A stretch of 22,424 nucleotides of DNA from Verrucomicrobiota bacterium (GTDB lineage Bacteria > Verrucomicrobiota > Verrucomicrobiia > Verrucomicrobiales > DEV007): assembly GCA_024277195.1 (NCBI GenBank), contig JAJRVS010000007.1, positions 1 through 22,424 on the forward strand, written 5' to 3'. Position 1 is the first letter of the stretch. Every line of letters begins with the position of its first letter. Position numbers and translations under genes: made by a program. The notes below the pieces were generated by a model. The model was not told the DNA's origin and made no database searches. It worked only from the letters and a program-made list of their open reading frames with translations. Positions 1-8,083 of the stretch are shown here, in pieces.

Positions 1-288
1 GATTTGTTCCTGAGCGAAGTCAGCACCATGGAAATGGTGATGAAAAATTCGGCAGGTAAACTACCCTTTTCTGATCCGCCTAAAGAATGGATACCCGCAA
101 GATTGGATCACCATCAGATTACATCTCTACCTATATTACCGGAGGTAATTTACCTGAGCGGAGAACTGAGTCGGGTTCACCATGATCCATTTGATCGGTT
201 AATTGCGGCTCATGCCATCACAGAGGCAATGACAATCATTTCGCCCGACCATCCCCTTTCGCTTCTTGGCGCAAGTCGCTTGTGGTAA
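1..288 (+). CDS. PIN-domain (VapC-like) toxin, C-terminal fragment; the gene starts upstream of the window
   Basis: The ORF is open to the window edge. Its C-terminal motif 'HHDPFDRLIAAHAITEAMTIISPD' matches the conserved acidic 'DPFDRhhhAqA...T.D' segment of VapC/PIN nucleases. Confidence 0.5.
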   Translation, partial: DLFLSEVSTMEMVMKNSAGKLPFSDPPKEWIPARLDHHQITSLPILPEVIYLSGELSRVHHDPFDRLIAAHAITEAMTIISPDHPLSLLGASRLW

Positions 289-664
289 CTGAAGAAAGTC
301 AGAGGGGTCATCAGAGGCAGCGGGATCCTCAAACACGAGGATTTTGCTTTCGATTTGCGCTGAGCTTGAATAATTGCCATCCCGATTGAGGTAGTCATTG
401 GCTCACCCAGCGCGAGTTTTTTATCGAGTGTCGCCAGTAGCGTATTTACTCACTTGGCAAGCTCAAGGTAGGCATCATCATAAATGCTGGGCCATAACTA
501 AAGTCAAGCAATGAGCTAATATCCCCTATCTTAAAATCCGCTAATTTTCAAACCCGCCAAGCCAAACGAAAGACCCCTTGTGATATACACAAACCGTATC
601 ACATTGCGAGAATATGAATATCATCTGTGAATAACCTTCATCTCTTCGCTCTTCACTTCCACCC

Positions 665-1591
665 ATGCTCCGCTACATCACCAGTCGATTGCTACAGGGA
701 CTACTCGTCCTCTTCGCACTCTACACCATCACTTTCTTCCTAGTGAAGGCGATGCCGGGTGACGCCTTCACCGGCGAAAAAAACATCCCCGAAGATATCA
801 AACATCAGATGCGCGAGCAATCTGGTCTCAATGACCCACTCTTCATTCAATATCTAAATTACCCCAAAAACATCCTCTTGCACGGCGACTTCAATTATTC
901 AATCAAAAAACGCCGTCCAGTGGCCGACCTCATCGCCCAGTCTTTTCCCGCCTCGCTGATCCTCGGCCTGGTTGCCCTTGTTTTTGCCATCGCGATTTCC
1001 ATCCCCATCGGCGTGATCTCTGCCGTGCGCAAAAACACCTGGGTCGATTATTCCGGCATGGCCATCGCCATGATCGGCATCTGCATACCCGCTTTTGTCG
1101 TCGGCCCTTTATTACAAATAGGCATTGCCACCCGCATCCCCTCCCTCAAAATCGCTGGATGGGATTCACCCGTCGATGTCCTGCTGCCGGCCATCACCCT
1201 CGGCCTCGCCACCGCCGCCTATCTCGCCCGTCTCACCCGTGGAGGCATGTTGGAGATCCTCTCACAAGACTACATCCGCACCGCCCATGCCAAAGGCGTG
1301 CCGCTGCCGCGACTGATCATCGTGCACACCCTGCGCGGCGGCCTCATCCCCTCGGTCGCCTTCATCGGACCCGCTTTTGCCGCACTGATCTCCGGATCCT
1401 TCATCGTAGAATCAATTTTCCAAATCCCCGGCATGGGCCAACACTTTGTCACCGCCATCTTTGATCGCGACGAATTCCTCATCATCGGACTGGCACTCTT
1501 TTACGGATTTCTCGTCGTTGTCATGAACCTCGCATCCGACCTGATGGTCGGCCTGCTCAACCCAAGAGTGCGCATCGCCGAGCAGTCATGA
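665..1591 (+). CDS. oligopeptide/dipeptide ABC transporter permease (OppB/DppB family)
   Basis: 308 aa. The N-terminus 'MLRYITSRLLQGLLVLFALYTITFFLVKAMPGDAF' and the multi-TM profile are typical of OppB/DppB. The stop overlaps the next start as ATGA, indicating translational coupling. Confidence 0.9.
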   Translation: MLRYITSRLLQGLLVLFALYTITFFLVKAMPGDAFTGEKNIPEDIKHQMREQSGLNDPLFIQYLNYPKNILLHGDFNYSIKKRRPVADLIAQSFPASLILGLVALVFAIAISIPIGVISAVRKNTWVDYSGMAIAMIGICIPAFVVGPLLQIGIATRIPSLKIAGWDSPVDVLLPAITLGLATAAYLARLTRGGMLEILSQDYIRTAHAKGVPLPRLIIVHTLRGGLIPSVAFIGPAFAALISGSFIVESIFQIPGMGQHFVTAIFDRDEFLIIGLALFYGFLVVVMNLASDLMVGLLNPRVRIAEQS

Positions 1592-2544
1592 GCAACGAGC
1601 AAAACACCGCGAACGACGAAGTGGTCAAAGGCACCTCCTTGGGACGCGACGCCTGGCTGCGCTTACGCAAAAACTCCATCGCCATGATCAGCTCGTTTTT
1701 TCTGATCCTGATCATCTTCCTGTGCTTCGTTTTTGCCTGGTTCTGCGAAAACCCCAATACCATAAATTTAACTAACAAATTCGCCTCGCCTTCCGCTCAA
1801 CATTGGTTCGGCACCGACCAACTTGGCCGCGACCTTTTTTCACGCATCCTCTATGGCGGACAAATCTCTCTCTTAGTTGGTTTTGTCGCCACCGCCGTCT
1901 CGCTCATCATCGGCATCAGCTACGGCGCGGCGTCCGGATATGCCGGCCCCAAAACCGACGCCGTGATGATGCGCATCGTCGACATTCTCTACGCCATCCC
2001 CTTTCTCGTCCTAGTCATCATCCTAAAAGTCGTGATCGCCAACCCCATCGACATTGCCGCTGGGTGGACCGTCGTGAACTTTGGCTGGAACAAAGAACTC
2101 GTGATGCGCAGCGCCAACATCCTACCGCTCTTCATCGCCATCGGCGCACTAGGCTGGCTCACCCTCGCCCGCATCACCCGCGCCCAAGTCATCTCAATCA
2201 AAAACCAGGAATACATCGAAGCCGCCGTTTCCCTCGGCCTGAGCCGCCGCCGCATCCTCTTCCGCCACATCATCCCCAATACCATCGGTCCGGCCATCGT
2301 TTACGCCTCACTCACCATCCCCGGTTTCATCCTCTACGAAGCCGCCCTCTCCTACCTCGGTATGGGCGTCGAAGCCCCCAACTCCTCCTGGGGAATCCTG
2401 ATCAAAGAAGGTGCCAATTTCCTCGAAACCCAACCCTCATTGTTAGTCATTCCCGGCTTGGTCTTTTCACTCACCCTCTTCGCCCTCAACTTCCTCGGCG
2501 ACGGCCTGCGCGACGCCTTCGACGTCAGAACCTCCAAAGATTGA
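1588..2544 (+). CDS. oligopeptide/dipeptide ABC transporter permease (OppC/DppC family)
   Basis: 318 aa. The N-terminal TM helix is followed by 'FGTDQLGRDLFSRILYGGQISL', the OppC signature. The ORF overlaps the upstream permease by 4 nt. Confidence 0.9.
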   Translation: MSNEQNTANDEVVKGTSLGRDAWLRLRKNSIAMISSFFLILIIFLCFVFAWFCENPNTINLTNKFASPSAQHWFGTDQLGRDLFSRILYGGQISLLVGFVATAVSLIIGISYGAASGYAGPKTDAVMMRIVDILYAIPFLVLVIILKVVIANPIDIAAGWTVVNFGWNKELVMRSANILPLFIAIGALGWLTLARITRAQVISIKNQEYIEAAVSLGLSRRRILFRHIIPNTIGPAIVYASLTIPGFILYEAALSYLGMGVEAPNSSWGILIKEGANFLETQPSLLVIPGLVFSLTLFALNFLGDGLRDAFDVRTSKD

Positions 2545-2552
2545 AACCTGCA

Positions 2553-3530
2553 ATGAGCCTGCTCACCGTCAACGACTTACGCTGCTACTTCCATACCCGG
2601 GAAGGCGTGGTGCGTGCCGTGGATGGCGTATCCTTCGACCTCGAGCGCGGCGAGACCATCGGCATCGTCGGCGAATCCGGCTCGGGTAAATCGGTCACCT
2701 GCTACTCCATCATGGGACTGATCCCCAAACCTCCCGGCAAAATAGAATCCGGCAGCGCCCTCTTCGACGGCACCGACCTACTCACTTGCGGTGAAAAAAA
2801 ATTGCGCAGCATCCGCGGTAGCCGCATTGGCATGATCTTCCAGGATCCCATGACCTCGCTGAACCCTTTCCTGCGCATCAGCCAGCAACTGATCGAACCC
2901 CTGCTGCTGCATACCGATACCAGTAAAAGCGATGCTCTCAAAACCGCCACCCGCGCGCTCGGCGAAGTCGGCATCCCCGACCCAGAATCCCGTATCCAAT
3001 CCTACCCCCATGAATTCTCCGGCGGCATGAGGCAACGTGTCATGATTGCCATGGCCTTGATCGCCAAACCAGAGATTCTCATAGCCGACGAACCCACCAC
3101 CGCGCTCGACGTCACCGTGCAAGCCGAAATCCTCGAGCTGATCAAAGAACACCAGCAGAAACTCGGCATGGCCGTCATCTTCATCACCCACGATCTGGCC
3201 GTCATCTCCCAAGTCTGTGACAGCATCAAAGTCATGTATGCCGGCCGTATCGTCGAAGCCGCCCCCACCGCCGAACTCTTTCGCAATCCCTTGCACGCCT
3301 ACACCCGCGCCCTGCTCAAGAGCATCCCCGCCATCCACGACAAAAACACCGAACTCTACACCATTCCCGGTCTCCCCCCCAATCCCACCGACCTCGGCCC
3401 CGGCTGCGCCTTCCACCCCCGCAACACCCTCGGCAACCCAGCCCTTTGCCTGCTCGACCACGCCCCCCCCTTCGAACAAATCCAAACCCACCACTACGCC
3501 CAGAACTGCCCCGGTTGCCTCGCCCAATAA
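2553..3530 (+). CDS. ABC transporter ATP-binding protein (OppD/DppD family)
   Basis: The ATG at 2553 gives 326 aa. It carries Walker A 'GESGSGKS', the ABC signature 'FSGGMRQRVMIAMAL', Walker B 'ILIADEPTTALD' and an OppD-type C-terminal extension. The long upstream ORF extension from 1803 is an out-of-frame overlap with the OppC gene and is ignored. Confidence 0.9.
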   Translation: MSLLTVNDLRCYFHTREGVVRAVDGVSFDLERGETIGIVGESGSGKSVTCYSIMGLIPKPPGKIESGSALFDGTDLLTCGEKKLRSIRGSRIGMIFQDPMTSLNPFLRISQQLIEPLLLHTDTSKSDALKTATRALGEVGIPDPESRIQSYPHEFSGGMRQRVMIAMALIAKPEILIADEPTTALDVTVQAEILELIKEHQQKLGMAVIFITHDLAVISQVCDSIKVMYAGRIVEAAPTAELFRNPLHAYTRALLKSIPAIHDKNTELYTIPGLPPNPTDLGPGCAFHPRNTLGNPALCLLDHAPPFEQIQTHHYAQNCPGCLAQ

Positions 3531-3576
3531 ATCTATTTAAAATAACTCTAAAGCTAACCTTTAAAGGACTCCCTTT

Positions 3577-3588
3577 TTCGATATTCCC
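3577..3588 (+). repeat. Isolated core fragment of the repeat ('TTCGATATTCCC') between the convergent oppD and kinase genes
   Basis: This is an exact 12-mer of the repeat core in a 65-bp convergent intergenic spacer. It is short, so the call is weak. Confidence 0.3.
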
Positions 3589-3595
3589 AATCGCT

Positions 3596-5923
3596 TTACT
3601 TATTCCTCATCTCCCGCGCCTTCTTCAAAAAGTCATCAACCGAAGTGGTTTTACTTTTAGGAGGAGCGACCGTAGGCCGTGGTCGGGAACTAGCTGTTTT
3701 GGTCGATTTCGGCTTACTTTTCGGTTTAGGCGTCGGAATCCTCGCCAACTTCACGCTACTGCTCGCGGTTTTATCCCCCACGACTTTCACCTTCGCCTCA
3801 GCCTCCCTATAATTCGCCAGCTTTAATTTCAAAGTATGATCCCCCACCGGTGCCTGTAGTTTCAACGGAGTTTTACCCAGGGAAAGCCCCCCCGGTCCGG
3901 TCACCTCCGCCCCCGACGGACTGCTCACAATTTCCATCGTCCCCTGCTCAAAGATCCCGCCCACATCCACTTTTCCATCCCGAACGACTTTATGGCTTTC
4001 CTTGGACAACAACCAGCCGTTCAAAGTCATCGTCACCTCATACTCTCCCGTCGGCAACTCGGCCACTCTCGCCGGTGTCACCCCCTTGCGTGTTGCAAAG
4101 GCCCCGTCGTATGACTCCACCTCCGATGACAGTCGAGCCAGCTCGTAAGCCACACCCTCCGGAGAAGAACCAATCATCAGTGTGCCACGACTGCGCTTCA
4201 ATGTGAGATCGACCTCGGAAAGTTCACCGTTCAACATCGAAACTTCCCGGGTCACCGGCTCAAAACCCGGAGCCTGCACCTCCAGCTGGTAGTTCCCTAA
4301 AGCCAGCCCTTCCATTCTCTGCGGACTGGTGCCACTACTCATTTCCACTCCTTCCTTCCCGGATCCCGCCCCGCCGATCAGCTTCATTGCGGCTCCCTCC
4401 GGTACCGTTTTGACATCTATCCGCCCCCGCAAGGCGTCAATCCGACCCAACTCCCTGAGAGCTTTCACGTCGACCGGCTCCAGCTTCAAAATATTCTCGT
4501 AGATGATCTTCTTCTTCAACTCGTCTGTCCCAGCCTCCATCACACTCTCATGCAGTGCCGTCACCTGTGCACTGAGCTGTGCTTTCTGCTTCGCTGACAT
4601 TTCAGATTTCAGCTTCGCCGCAGCCGTCGCTTTATTCCGGTCTTCCTCTTGTTGGGTCACCAGTAAAGCGGCCGCCTTTGCCTTGCCTGCTGCTTCAAGA
4701 TCAGCCGCTTGCTGGGCCTCGAACTTCACCAATGCGGCCTGCTCACGCTTCGGCGCTTCCACTCCGTACCACCAACCGGCAGCGCCACCGCCCACAAGGG
4801 TGATCACCGCAACCAGGGTCATTACTTTTTTTCCTGACCCACTTTTCTTTTTCCGTCGTTTCGCAGATTGTCCCGGCACCTCCCCACCCGACAGTTCCAG
4901 CCACAAGGCCTCCGCACTCTCCGGGCGCATCTCCGGGTCCTTCGCCAAACAGGACGCCACCACCATTTCCCACTCCTTAGGAATTTTCACAACTTCCACT
5001 CCCTCCGTTCTTAACTCTTTGCGCCGCACAGTGATACTCGGCACCTCGACCGTCTCGATCTGGTGCTGGATATTTCCCCGGTAAAACGGCGGTTTGCCCG
5101 TCAGCAATTCGTAAATGGTCGCACCCAATGCATAGATATCATCGGACACACTAGGCGGATAGCCTGAAGCCTGTTGCGGGCTCATATAGGGCAGCGTCCC
5201 GCTCACCTGCACACTACCCGATGTCAATCGGCTCATCGAATCGGTCAAACTGCCAGCAATGCCAAAGTCCAGCATCCGCAAGGTTCCGTCCATATCCGAC
5301 ATCAAATTGGCAGGTTTCAGATCACGATGCACCACCTTGCAGCTGTGCGCATATCCAAGAGCCTCACAGGACTGCTCAATCCAGTCGGTAATTTCCGCCA
5401 CCTCGAAAGTCTTGTTCGGTTTGCCCACACGCAGCTTGCTCAAAGTCTCGCCCTCGACGTATTCCATCACAATGGCCGCAGAGTGATCATCCTCTACCAG
5501 GTCATGGATACGCACGATATTCGAGTGAGTTAAATCCAGGCAGCGTTTGGTTTCTTCACGCAAGTCATCCAGGGCAGCATCATCCCCCTGCACCGCTTCA
5601 GGTAGAAATTTCAATGCTACTTCCCGGTTCAGTCGCTCGTCCCTTCCCAGCCACACCACTCCCATACCGCCACGACCAATTTGACGAATCAGCGAATATC
5701 GACCAAATGTTTTCAACCCCTCCCGCAATCCCTTCAACGTCACCCCGAAATCAAGATCATCTTCACTGACTTCTGCCTGAGCTTTCAACGAAACCGTTGT
5801 GAGATGTTTTGACGGCAAATCCACCTGCGGTTCCTCCGAAGGTTGCGGATGCCCGGAAACATCGCCGCGCAAAGTCGACCCGACACCGAGATCGTCTTCA
5901 CTATGGTTTGACTCGTCGCTCAT
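3596..5923 (-). CDS. Ser/Thr protein kinase with TM helix, coiled-coil region and C-terminal tandem PEGA domains plus a Lys/Pro-rich tail
   Basis: 775 aa. Kinase motifs are 'GRGGMGVVW', 'VALKFLPE', 'HRDLKPANLM', 'DFGIAG' and 'YMSPQQA'. A hydrophobic segment 'VMTLVAVITLVGGGAAGWWYG' follows. The C-terminus has PEGA-like repeats ('GSSPEGVAYEL', 'VSSPSGAEVTG') and a 'PKPKSKPKS' tail. Confidence 0.85.
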   Translation of the reverse strand: MSDESNHSEDDLGVGSTLRGDVSGHPQPSEEPQVDLPSKHLTTVSLKAQAEVSEDDLDFGVTLKGLREGLKTFGRYSLIRQIGRGGMGVVWLGRDERLNREVALKFLPEAVQGDDAALDDLREETKRCLDLTHSNIVRIHDLVEDDHSAAIVMEYVEGETLSKLRVGKPNKTFEVAEITDWIEQSCEALGYAHSCKVVHRDLKPANLMSDMDGTLRMLDFGIAGSLTDSMSRLTSGSVQVSGTLPYMSPQQASGYPPSVSDDIYALGATIYELLTGKPPFYRGNIQHQIETVEVPSITVRRKELRTEGVEVVKIPKEWEMVVASCLAKDPEMRPESAEALWLELSGGEVPGQSAKRRKKKSGSGKKVMTLVAVITLVGGGAAGWWYGVEAPKREQAALVKFEAQQAADLEAAGKAKAAALLVTQQEEDRNKATAAAKLKSEMSAKQKAQLSAQVTALHESVMEAGTDELKKKIIYENILKLEPVDVKALRELGRIDALRGRIDVKTVPEGAAMKLIGGAGSGKEGVEMSSGTSPQRMEGLALGNYQLEVQAPGFEPVTREVSMLNGELSEVDLTLKRSRGTLMIGSSPEGVAYELARLSSEVESYDGAFATRKGVTPARVAELPTGEYEVTMTLNGWLLSKESHKVVRDGKVDVGGIFEQGTMEIVSSPSGAEVTGPGGLSLGKTPLKLQAPVGDHTLKLKLANYREAEAKVKVVGDKTASSSVKLARIPTPKPKSKPKSTKTASSRPRPTVAPPKSKTTSVDDFLKKAREMRNK

Positions 5924-6025
5924 GATTTAATTCTCTATTATCAATTTTTCATTACCACTTGTCAATTTCCCATTACCCCACCAAAATTCACTCAAAGAAT
6001 ACCAACAGCGTTACTATACGAACTA

Positions 6026-7822
6026 TCATTCAACAAGCTTGCCCTCTAACGCTTGAATCAGAAAACCATCCCCAGTCTTCACCACCACCATTGAAGCCTC
6101 CAGCTCCAGAGAACTTTTTAGCCCGATAAGATTCCGATAAATTTTATTTAACGTCTCATCCGTATCCTGAAAATATTTTACCGCGCCCGATCCGCTACTC
6201 TCGCCATCATACCCATGGTTATTATAACACTCCAAATTAGCATTCAAGATTATCTGATTGAGATTGAGCCCCCCAGACATTTCATTCGTGGGTAGATTCC
6301 CCAAAACCCGCCGGATCTCCCACTCAATATGCGGTTTGATATATTGCCTTTGAACCCCTGCCCCGGATCCTCCCGACATCAACGTCCCAGCCCCACCCAA
6401 ATAAAGATCCTCAAGCATGCCACTGAGGATATTCGCCTTACCAGGGTAGTTTTCCTCATTCAAGCGCTGTTGATACCGGGTGTAGAAATCAACTTCATAC
6501 TCAATAACAACTCTATAATGAGGCTTCTCATTACCCCATTCAAATTTCCCAGTTCCATCCGGACTATTCCTCGGGGGGAAAAGAAAGCCCTTGTCATCAG
6601 CAATACCCGAAGCCAGCCAAACCTTTGCCAGATGGCGATAATAATCTGCAACCTTCGACGGTCTCTCTGCGGCCTCAACAATAATTCGAAAGCCAAGAAA
6701 GTCCCGGCGATCCGAGGGAATCAGGTAGCGACGACGCGATGAGCGAACGGTTAGGGTGTCATCATTGAGCCAAGCTCCTCCGCGAAACACACGGTATTGC
6801 CTCCCACCACCATCATCGTATCCACCTTTGCTGAGAACCGCCCGCACATCGTCGTCGTTCATTTCATCTCGATACCAGTCGTCACACCACTCCCACACGT
6901 TGCCGCCCAAATCATAGAAGCCGGAGGGATTCATCTTATAACCTCCCACTCGAGCTGTGCGCACTGCTCCATCGTCGTAATTCCATCCCTTCCCTGGAGT
7001 TCCTTCCCAACATTCGGAGCCAGCATAGTTTCCCGATCCTCTTGGTGCTGGCCACTCATTTCTCCAGGGATACACCCCACTCGATGCCACCGCGGCACCC
7101 CACTCGCTGTCCCTGGGTAAGTGATAACCAAAACCGGGGTTCTGCTGCGTCAGCCAATTGCAAAAGGCCTGCGCTTCGTTCCAGCTCACACACACCACCG
7201 GATGATCCTCGCTCTGCTTGAATCCAGGATTTTCCCACGAAGCTCCCTTTTCCAATTTCCATTTCTTCAAATTGGAACCACCACTCTTCACATACTTCAC
7301 CACCTCTGCCCCACCTTGCTGCACATAGCCGCTCGCCTCGGCATAAGCCCGAAAATCCCGCACCCGTGTCTCATGACGGCACATCAATACACCAGCTTTT
7401 CCCGGCACTGGTATGAACTCCATACCCAGCGAATTAATAAAAGGGCCCTCCTTCGTCGCCGCCTCCAAACGCTCGACTGCCAGCTCTTGCTGCGATTTTG
7501 GTAACACCGGTGTTAGTTTCGGCGGCGTTACCTTCGATGACATGGATTTTGGCGGCGTTGGTTTCATCACCACCCGCACCGCTGCATTGCTCCCCGGTTT
7601 CAACATCACTCTATGCACCATCCTCTCATACCCCGCCAGACTCAGCTCCCACTTCATCTCCCCGGGCTGCAATTCTTTCAACCCGTTCAGCGGTGTCACT
7701 CCCAGCACTTTTCCGCTTCCGATTTCCCTCACCTCCGCCCCCACCGGATCGCTCAACACCTCCACCTCAACCGGCTCAAAGACAAAGACCATTTCCTTCT
7801 CAACTCCGGCCGACAATGTCAC
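6026..7822 (-). CDS. PEGA + non-catalytic FGE-sulfatase (SUMF1/C-type-lectin fold) domain protein with a ~230-aa C-terminal extension; GTG start; probably a decayed kinase-fusion paralog
   Basis: 598 aa. The PEGA segment is 'VFVFEPVEVEVLSDPVGAEVREIGSGKVLGVTPL'. The FGE domain runs 'MEFIPVPGKAGVLMCRHETRVRDF...HPVVCVSWNEAQAFCNWL...GGNVWEWC...RGGAWLND...GFRI'. The ORF begins with GTG immediately after an in-frame TAG (see pseudogene 7823-8067). Confidence 0.7.
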   Translation of the reverse strand: MTLSAGVEKEMVFVFEPVEVEVLSDPVGAEVREIGSGKVLGVTPLNGLKELQPGEMKWELSLAGYERMVHRVMLKPGSNAAVRVVMKPTPPKSMSSKVTPPKLTPVLPKSQQELAVERLEAATKEGPFINSLGMEFIPVPGKAGVLMCRHETRVRDFRAYAEASGYVQQGGAEVVKYVKSGGSNLKKWKLEKGASWENPGFKQSEDHPVVCVSWNEAQAFCNWLTQQNPGFGYHLPRDSEWGAAVASSGVYPWRNEWPAPRGSGNYAGSECWEGTPGKGWNYDDGAVRTARVGGYKMNPSGFYDLGGNVWEWCDDWYRDEMNDDDVRAVLSKGGYDDGGGRQYRVFRGGAWLNDDTLTVRSSRRRYLIPSDRRDFLGFRIIVEAAERPSKVADYYRHLAKVWLASGIADDKGFLFPPRNSPDGTGKFEWGNEKPHYRVVIEYEVDFYTRYQQRLNEENYPGKANILSGMLEDLYLGGAGTLMSGGSGAGVQRQYIKPHIEWEIRRVLGNLPTNEMSGGLNLNQIILNANLECYNNHGYDGESSGSGAVKYFQDTDETLNKIYRNLIGLKSSLELEASMVVVKTGDGFLIQALEGKLVE

Positions 7823-8067
7823 TTTCCGCTACTGCAGCGGCCAGCCCTTATACCGTACCGCCAATTGATATATTCCTTCCGTCAACTCCTTCGTCAACCG
7901 TCCACTACTCCCCGTCGTACCCGCTGCCTCGCCTCCAATCAATATCTCCGCTCCTGCAGGTTCACTACTTATCTTCAAAAACGCAGGTTTGACGAGAGGC
8001 TTCACAGGAGTTGGCTCACTTTCAACTGAATTGTGGGTCCAAAATCAAGATCATCTTCGTTACCCAT
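7823..8067 (-). pseudogene. Remnant 5' end of a kinase-PEGA-FGE paralog: a 12-codon kinase N-terminal stub, a frame change, a PEGA segment and an in-frame TAG
   Basis: The reverse complement of 8032-8067 encodes 'MGNEDDLDFGPT', which is the conserved N-terminus of the three kinases here. The frame then shifts into 'KISSEPAGAEILIGGEAAGTTGSSGRL...VRYKGWPLQ' (PEGA), which ends in TAG at 7829-7831 exactly where the intact paralog has Gln ('SWPSQQREVEL'). Confidence 0.6.
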
Positions 8068-8083
8068 TGTTAATGATTATTTA

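Noticed and set aside
1803-3530. A 575-aa ORF spanning oppC and oppD in another frame, and the antisense 249-aa Gly-rich ORF at 2778-3527
   Set aside because: Both are low-complexity Pro/His/Arg- or Gly-rich translations overlapping well-supported ABC transporter genes. The real oppD starts at the ATG at 2553. These are artefacts of GC-rich third codon positions.
4503-5084. Antisense ORFs inside the kinase genes (for example 4503-5084, 13259-13801, 13473-14129, 17669-18256)
   Set aside because: They give Pro/Ser/Ala-rich low-complexity translations on the strand opposite clear kinase domains. They are typical shadow ORFs.
7498-8029. Plus-strand ORFs 7498-7992 and 7613-8029 upstream of the decayed FGE gene
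   Set aside because: They are Pro/Ser-rich shadow translations of the minus-strand PEGA remnant. The minus-strand reading, with its kinase N-terminal stub, explains the region.
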